A program made the translations under genes and the position numbers. This document shows positions 57,498 through 64,000 of a DNA stretch of 64,000 nt, piece by piece. A model generated the notes under the pieces. The model worked only from the letters and a program-made list of their open reading frames with translations. It was not told the origin of the DNA and ran no database searches. This DNA is from Bilabrum cf. latius (lineage: Eukaryota). Position 1 is the stretch's first letter; the number at the start of each line of letters is the position of its first letter. The DNA lies in assembly GCA_965178125.1 (NCBI GenBank), contig OZ237736.1:248001-312000 (forward strand). Reading direction: 5' to 3'.

Positions 57498-60400
57498 ATG
57501 GCAGAATTGCGAACGTGGCTCTACTCTAGCTCGCGGCTCGTAGCTCAGCTCAGACCCCGCCAAGGGGTTGCACACAGGTTTTGGCCGGGGGGGGGGGGTT
57601 GGTGATTGTGAAAACGCACACAGGGACGGATCCTGTCGAACAGCACTTTCGAGGACTGCTCGTGCGCCACGTTCCGTTTGTCGACGAGCACTCGCTTCTG
57701 AGTCCAGAAGCGATGACATCGAAGACTCCGTGGCATGCCGAATGCATGCATAGAGGCATCGCCGACGCGGCCGGGTTGGTGCTCTTCTCCGAGGCAGCGG
57801 CTGGCCAAAAGTCCTAGAAGCAGCTCGGTGCCCTGGTGACTGTGCTCAAGCATGTCCTCGTGTCCTTGGACAGGACCAGGGGCTGTGAGGACGCATCGTT
57901 TGAGCAAAAGTTCGCCGTGCTTCGCGCTGTGGTCCAGCACATGCAGTACATCAGCGATTGCACCGCAGACTCAGCAGGCACTAAGCCCGCGGAAGGAATC
58001 GCCTCTGCCATTCTTGCCACCAATCTGTCCGGTGCCAGACGGTATACTCTGTACGGATTTACCGGTCCAGTCCACCCTTACGTTTGGTGTGGCTGAGGCG
58101 TTGCGGCGAGCTACGTAGCCGGCGGTGTTGGCTACCTGCTGCAGATCGCTTGACGCCCCGCGTCACTGCAGCCTGTCAGCGGCACTTGCCGTTCAGATGC
58201 ACCGACCTCAGGATGCTGCGCTTGCTTTGACGTAGGGTGTGGCTCCCGCTAGACTCACGCGTAGCTCATTCCCTGGGGCCGGTGCACCTCGAGCGAGCCC
58301 AGCCCAGGTCATTCTCATGGATGACGACCTGGATGAGATCGATGAACGTGTCGAGGATAGTCTGGGCCAAGCTGCTAGCAACATGCCAGGCTTGGCTGCT
58401 GCCCGAGCTTTCTCTGCCAGTGCCACGCCCGTAGGTAGCCCGAATCCACAAGCGAAGCATGATCTTGCTTTGAGGATACCGCATGCTCTGAGCGGAGGCG
58501 TAGACGCAATGACCGTGAAATCGCACCTCTACGCGTATTGGAGCGAACGCATCGCCAATGGGTAGATTCCGCACGAGCTACTTCCGCCAGCTCGGTCTGT
58601 TGATGTCGATGAAGGGATTCAGCAGCTGCATCTTGCAGGTGCTTTGCTCTCCTTCTTGCGCAAGCACAGCGGCTATGAAGGCTTCCCGCACATCGTTGGC
58701 CACGCAAGGGCACTTGGTGCCGCCATTGCGGTGTACATCCCAAGTGGGGAGGCCAAGCAAGCCGATCCTAGGCAGGACTTCGATCAGACTGAGAACGCAG
58801 CGGATGTCGTGGCTGCCGAGACAATCGAAGGCACGGACGACTCCCCACGACTGTGCACGATAGAGTTCTCTGTGGGTGTGGTGCCGGACACGGGCACAGG
58901 CAACGTAGCAACGGTGCGCACTGATCGGATGCTCAAGGTTGGTCAAGCGTGGCCGAATCGCGTCAACTGCCCCTGCTCTCCGTGTTGTATCTCGGACACG
59001 GCCAGTGTGCTGGATTGCTACAGGACCCCATGCACCGGCAAGTGCTCCTGCCTCCTAGGCCCGGATCCCTACCGTTCCCGCACCTCACTGTGCCCTTGAG
59101 CGGACCGGGCAAAGATATGCACCAGCTTCGTGATTTCAAGCACGGGGTGGCTGACATGATCTACGTGTACAACGGAGCTCTAGCCGCCGCATCATCTCGC
59201 GGTGTCCCGACGGCTATACTCCATCAGAACCCAGCGACGGAGCGCTTCTTGCAGCTGGCCGCATCGATGCGCGAAGGCATGAAGATTTGCAATGACCATG
59301 CTGATGTCCTGCTGGCCGCCCAGGTTGATGTGAGCCAGCTCCAGCATATGCATGCTGCCGCCATCGAAAACATGCATCTTGGCGCCACGCCACTTCCGCT
59401 GGCAGTGGATGACCGCTAGCCGCAGCTTATCAGGTGTCGTTGCTCTGCTGACCGGTCCGGCTGGGTCAGGCAAAAGCTTCACGACGTCTATCATCCAGGG
59501 AATTGCCACAGCATCTGGGTTAGCGACGCAACTTCTTGGCACTACAGCCTAGGCAGCCGTCCAGCTGGGCCCAGGCGGAGTCACCATTCATCGTTGCTTC
59601 TCGCTGCAGATCCCAGCTTCGCTCGACCCAAAGAAAGATCGAGCGCGAAGACGGACGCTATCCGCCATTGACTTGCTCATCATTGACGAGAGCCTGTTCA
59701 TGAACAAGCACCTTCTTAATCTGGTGGACCGTGCACTGCGTCAGGCAACAGACACCTACGAGTTTCTCACCGTGCAAGAGGGCAGATCGCAAGAGGAGGC
59801 GCTGGCTTCGATCGAACCGTTCGGGTACAGGTCCTGTCTGTTCATCGGAGTGATATCGTGACTTCCATGAAAGCGGGACAAGGTGTTGCCGCGTTCTCCT
59901 TCTTCGCAGAGCCATTCTCATCGCACAGCCGCTTATCATCTCATTTGACGTCAACAACGAATCAGACTCTGTCTCCTTAATACCAATAGCCCGCAGCTGC
60001 CAGGGATTACCAAGCGCGGATTTGCGGCTCGCGCCGATCCAATCGTGGACGCTGCTGCCATGCGCTTCGAGCTCAACACACTTCCCGAGGCCCGATTCGA
60101 AGCCTTGGATGCCGAGTTCAACTTCACACCTGACCAGGTCCAGGCTGACAAAGAGGCTCGGGAATCATTTGTGGCTAGGCTGTCCCCCACAGTGGACCAG
60201 TTCTACGATGGTCCCCACTGGAGGTCCATGACGTAGCTCCCGCTGCACCGGAACATGAGTGCGAGAGAAGATCCCGATTTTGCTTCGCTGCTGAACTCCG
60301 TCCGGCAAGGCTCATGCACTGCGGCACAGGTAGGGCAAGTACTGCAGCGCTGCTGCAGGTTTCATCAATGCTGTCGATTGACGCCTGAGGCCATGGCCGG

Positions 60401-61862
60401 CGTTGGAAACAGCCTCTCGCTCGTGTCTTCGAATGCGCAACTGCGGGAGATCAACAAACGGTGCATGCAGCACGCAAAGGATGGCCTCAATCCTACCGTC
60501 TTGGCATCAGGCTACCGAGAGCACCGTGCCGTGTGCTCACTGGTCTCAGGAGCCGGCGACTTGATACGGGCCTTGGACATGAACACGGCTAAGGACTCTC
60601 AAATGCTCAACGGAATCCTAGCCATGCATCGGAAGCGCGGCCACGGTGTGAGACCGCGACCCCTCTCCCTTGGACTGGCTCCGGGGTGCCCCGTGGTGAT
60701 AATTGCAAACGACTATCCAGAGATCGGCCTCGCTACCGGTATGGCAGCACGTCTTATAGGTTCAGTATGCACCAAGGAAGGGCACAAGGGCTACGCGACC
60801 CTAGAGATGGACAACCCCGCACCGTCTCAACCGAAGCACGTTTTCTGCCGACCCAGCACGCAGCTCGTGCCCTCAGACAGCAAGCTCACGACCACGGGCA
60901 AGCGTATTGGCCGTTAGTTTAAGATTTTGCAGCTTCCATGCCGGCTAGCCTTTGCAAGTACCGTTCACTCGGCCCAAGGGCGTACCCCCAGCGAGCTCTG
61001 GTACTCCACCAAGGAAAACAGCTGGTCAAGTGCGAGCTATGTTGCCTTATCAAGAACCAGGAGGTCGAGGAACGTACACATCTCATTAGATGACTCTTAT
61101 GGTCCACGCTCTCTCCAGGCTATGCTGCAACCTGATCGCAGAGCTGCGGCCTTCTCCTTTATCGTGGCAAGGCTAGGAGCGAGCCAGACCCTCGAGTTCC
61201 TCGCTGAGGAAGCACAAAGCATCGCCTCAAGCTTTGCCGAGCAGTTGCCGTGGGCTCGAGCGCAGCCTTCAAGCATTGCAACGCCCGAACGGCTCATTCG
61301 ATGCAGCGCTAGAAGGTACGACCCAGCGCAGGGCGTCGCTCCCCCGCTGCAGCAGCTGGCACACGGCTTCCGAGATGCATCTCACTCCCGAACTCTGCGC
61401 CCGAGCGCGATTCAGGCCATGACGCATAGCCTACGCTCCTGGCTAAGAGATGCTTACAGCGCAGTGCAGTTGTGCCACCCAACACGGTGCACCATAGCCA
61501 ACTATCCGCTGGTGCAGCAGGCCATACCCCTTGCGACTCGGATGTTGGAACCGTTGCTGGCCACGGGCAAGGGAGAGTTAGGCATCTAGGATGCCCAATC
61601 GATCGTGAAGCTTGCCTACCGATCCAAGCCAGAGCTGGACTGGATAAGATCGGTGCTGCGTACGACTGGGTTGCTACATATAGAGGCATTGGCTGACCGT
61701 GTCGAACAGAGCTCCGCTGGAGGGCAGTCGTTCAAGGCCACGCCAGGCTGGGCTCTACTCAAGGTCGCGGCGGAAGCATTTCGTCCAAGACGCGAGGACT
61801 TTCTTCCAGAGAAAGCTGCGGAACGTCTTCCTGATACGGACGGACCCGCCTCATGCAACTAA
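57498..61862 (+). pseudogene. PIF1: Frameshifted PIF1-family SF1B helicase, probably a Helitron-like RepHel remnant
   Basis: Walker A LTGPAGSGKS, GVTIHRCF, Walker B LLIIDES, QLP, QLPCRLAFASTVHSAQGRT and YVALSRTR. Several in-frame TAG. Frameshifts near 57590, 58050, 59060 and 59400, and a disrupted motif III at 59850-59990. Confidence 0.75.
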
Positions 61863-62299
61863 GGCACCTCGATCCCATCTCTACGCAGCAAGCAATAGGC
61901 ATGTTCCGCTCCACTGCTTGGCAGGCTCAACTCGGCGAGTCATGCTGGCCACGTTCGGTCACCTGATTGAAAATGAAACACAAGCACAACAGGACGGATA
62001 TACCACAGGTCTGCTCCATGCTCAAGCCACACTACCAACCCACACCCCCAATCCAAGATTCTCAACCGCGACCAGTTGCGTCTGCGCGACCTCGCCCTAC
62101 TCCGCACCACCACCCGGCGCCATCCGCAACCCTACCCTTCCCTCGCTTCGGGACGGGGTGCGCCCTGCTCCCGGCCCCTTCCCCCCAATTTTGCAGACGG
62201 GGGAAGGGGCCTAAGGCCATGCTGCGTGTATCCGATCCTTGTGTATCACACTGTATTGAGCGGGGTTTTTGAATCAACGAATAAGTAAGAACGTACTGG

Positions 62300-62323
62300 T
62301 GCGATACATTGCAATGTATCGCA
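62300..62323. other. Perfect 24-bp palindrome, candidate Helitron-type terminal hairpin
   Basis: TGCGATACATTG|CAATGTATCGCA, about 440 bp after the helicase and followed by ctatag at 62332. Confidence 0.45.
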
Positions 62324-62451
62324 TGAATTTGCTATAGACATTGCCCTTTTCTGCACGGATGGAATTGTGGTAAATCGTGTGCACTTTTGTAATCATATTC
62401 CATTCCCTCTGCCCCCAGCCCAGCTAAGGGAGAGCCGCAGGCCCCAGCGCC

Positions 62452-63318
62452 ATGCAACAGTTGGATCTTGTTTCGATAGTCACAATCATTATATTGCAAA
62501 TTTGGGCCGGTTAGGGTTACCTCATTCCGTGTGTTCCCGAGGTGAATCTTTCGAGCCTGGTCACGTCTACTGCAACGAATTGCAGCGTCTAGGCGGACGA
62601 AGGTTAGTACTCCGATGCAAGCGAGGGCTTTAGCGTCCCAGCGTTACCCAGTACGTTGGACTGGGGCAATCTTTGGGAAGCGTCGGGGCAGCAGCCATTG
62701 CTTCGGGTTCGTTTGCGCCACCCCAACAGCGGTCCAAGCTCCGATACTTAGTACAAATTCAAAGACCTGGAGGTGACAGCCGGCGGAGATGGTTTGGTCG
62801 TGTACGCCTGTCCCTTTGGTGTCCTGGATCCAGACTCTTGCGATGTGAACCACATCCCCGAGGTTAGAGTTGCTACTTGCCCACTCTGCTTGCTGGACAG
62901 GACGAATCTCGGCGCCGTATCCGGTCGCATCACTGCTAGTGCAGGGGACCCCGGTGCAATATACAACTTTAGTACGTCGCTGTTCTGCGCCGATGCTACC
63001 GCGAAGGTGCCGCGAGGCGAGATACCTGCGATCTTGTCTCCGGCTGGACCAGACCTGTGCACCGGCGGAAAAGTGTGGTTCTCGCAGTTCGAAGGCAAGG
63101 CGCCAACATTCACCACAGGAGGGTGCGCCAAGGCCCCTCAGGACTGCTCGCCTTTCACTGCGTGGCCCCCTGCGGTGGACGGGTGCTGCGGGGCCAAGGG
63201 CGAGCGGCCAGGGAGCCTCACGTCCTGCATGCCGTGGGACGACCCGACAGCGGTGGGCAGGTGCTTCGACTGCCACGAGAGTTGCAAGCCTGCGTCGAGC
63301 CCGGCCCCAGGTGTCTAA
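62452..63318 (+). CDS. Secreted Cys-rich protein (4 in-frame TAG), probably frameshifted at a furin-like Cys motif
   Basis: Hydrophobic N-terminus MQQLDLVSIVTIIILQIWAG. The frame continues through TAGs into 62773-63318. CFDCHESC continues best as ACVEPGPRCLSDEC in another frame. Confidence 0.5.
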
Positions 63319-64000
63319 GTGACGAGTGCTCCTCGGCCCCGCAGCCTAGCCCTGGCCGCCACCTTCGGGGCAGTGGTGTCCTTGTCCATGGGCACCCCCC
63401 GTGGAGGGCGTGACGATCAAGGTGAGGAGGGGAGGGTCGCACGGGAAGGAGGCGAGGCCGAGGAAGAGGAAGAGGGTTCAGAGGAGGAGAGCCAGGGGGT
63501 ACCACTGGAGGGTTTGCGTGCAATTTGGCGGTCAACTGGGGAAGACACCCGAGGCACTATTTCGGGCCTTTGAGGCCACTGGGCAGCGTCTGGCGCGAGG
63601 CGCAGTTATCTGCTTGTAGAGTTTGTTCAGCTATCTGGCTGCCATAGTTCCTATGCAGCATCACGAGCACGAAGAAGTCCGATCATCAGAGGCGGCTATT
63701 AACGGCGCTGCGTCCGCATTCGTCGGGAAGAAATAAATCACCTCCCGCCGCTAACCGCGCCTCGCGGCGGCCAACGGCACTCGCCACAGTGGCCCAAAAC
63801 CATGCCCTCGTGGTTCCTTCAGCTGCCTGCCAAACCGCACGCAACCCCATCGGCTCCGTGCAGCTCCACATGCAAGCACAACCCCACCAGTGACGCCCCC
63901 AAACGCCGCCCCACCCGATCCCGGCGCCATTGTCTCCATGTCCAGTGTGACGCGTCCATGACGCGCCGCTGCCGGTCCCCGGGATGCGCGCCCTCGCCGA

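Noticed and set aside
59858-59989. Possible intron in helicase motif III
   Set aside because: Splicing GTGACT..ATAG restores the frame but gives GVISPQLP instead of GDxxQLP, so it is left as an unresolved disruption.
1-64000. Suppressor tRNA(CUA), other tRNA or rRNA genes
   Set aside because: No cloverleaf or rRNA signature was recognised by eye. tRNAscan-SE would be needed to exclude them.

Overview
GC-rich, gene-dense eukaryotic nuclear DNA with a few GT-AG introns. It is probably a heterotrophic protist, but the taxon cannot be fixed from this window. The main observation is a non-standard genetic code. The supplied ORF track breaks genes at TAG, but consecutive fragments stay in frame. 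Reading TAG as an amino acid gives complete genes: phytochelatin synthase, VMP1, an ABHD4/5-like hydrolase, a PILS-like transporter, a glycoside hydrolase, a ~2,260-aa protein ending in a glycosyltransferase domain, and a ~5,280-aa protein with histone-fold-like segments. By manual count these intact genes hold about 78 in-frame TAG codons and no in-frame TAA or TGA outside introns. They end at TGA, or once at TAA. Several TAGs fall at positions that are Gln in homologues, which points to UAG=Gln with UAA and UGA still stops. Mobile DNA includes a 6.4-kb TG...CA element with ~190-bp terminal inverted repeats, a 5-bp target duplication and phage-like cargo ORFs. That element is interrupted at a (GA)n tract by a CRE/SLACS-like retrotransposon that itself uses TAG as sense. 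There are also several decayed LINE fragments and a frameshifted PIF1/Helitron-like helicase. All family assignments rest on motifs recognised by eye; no database search was run.
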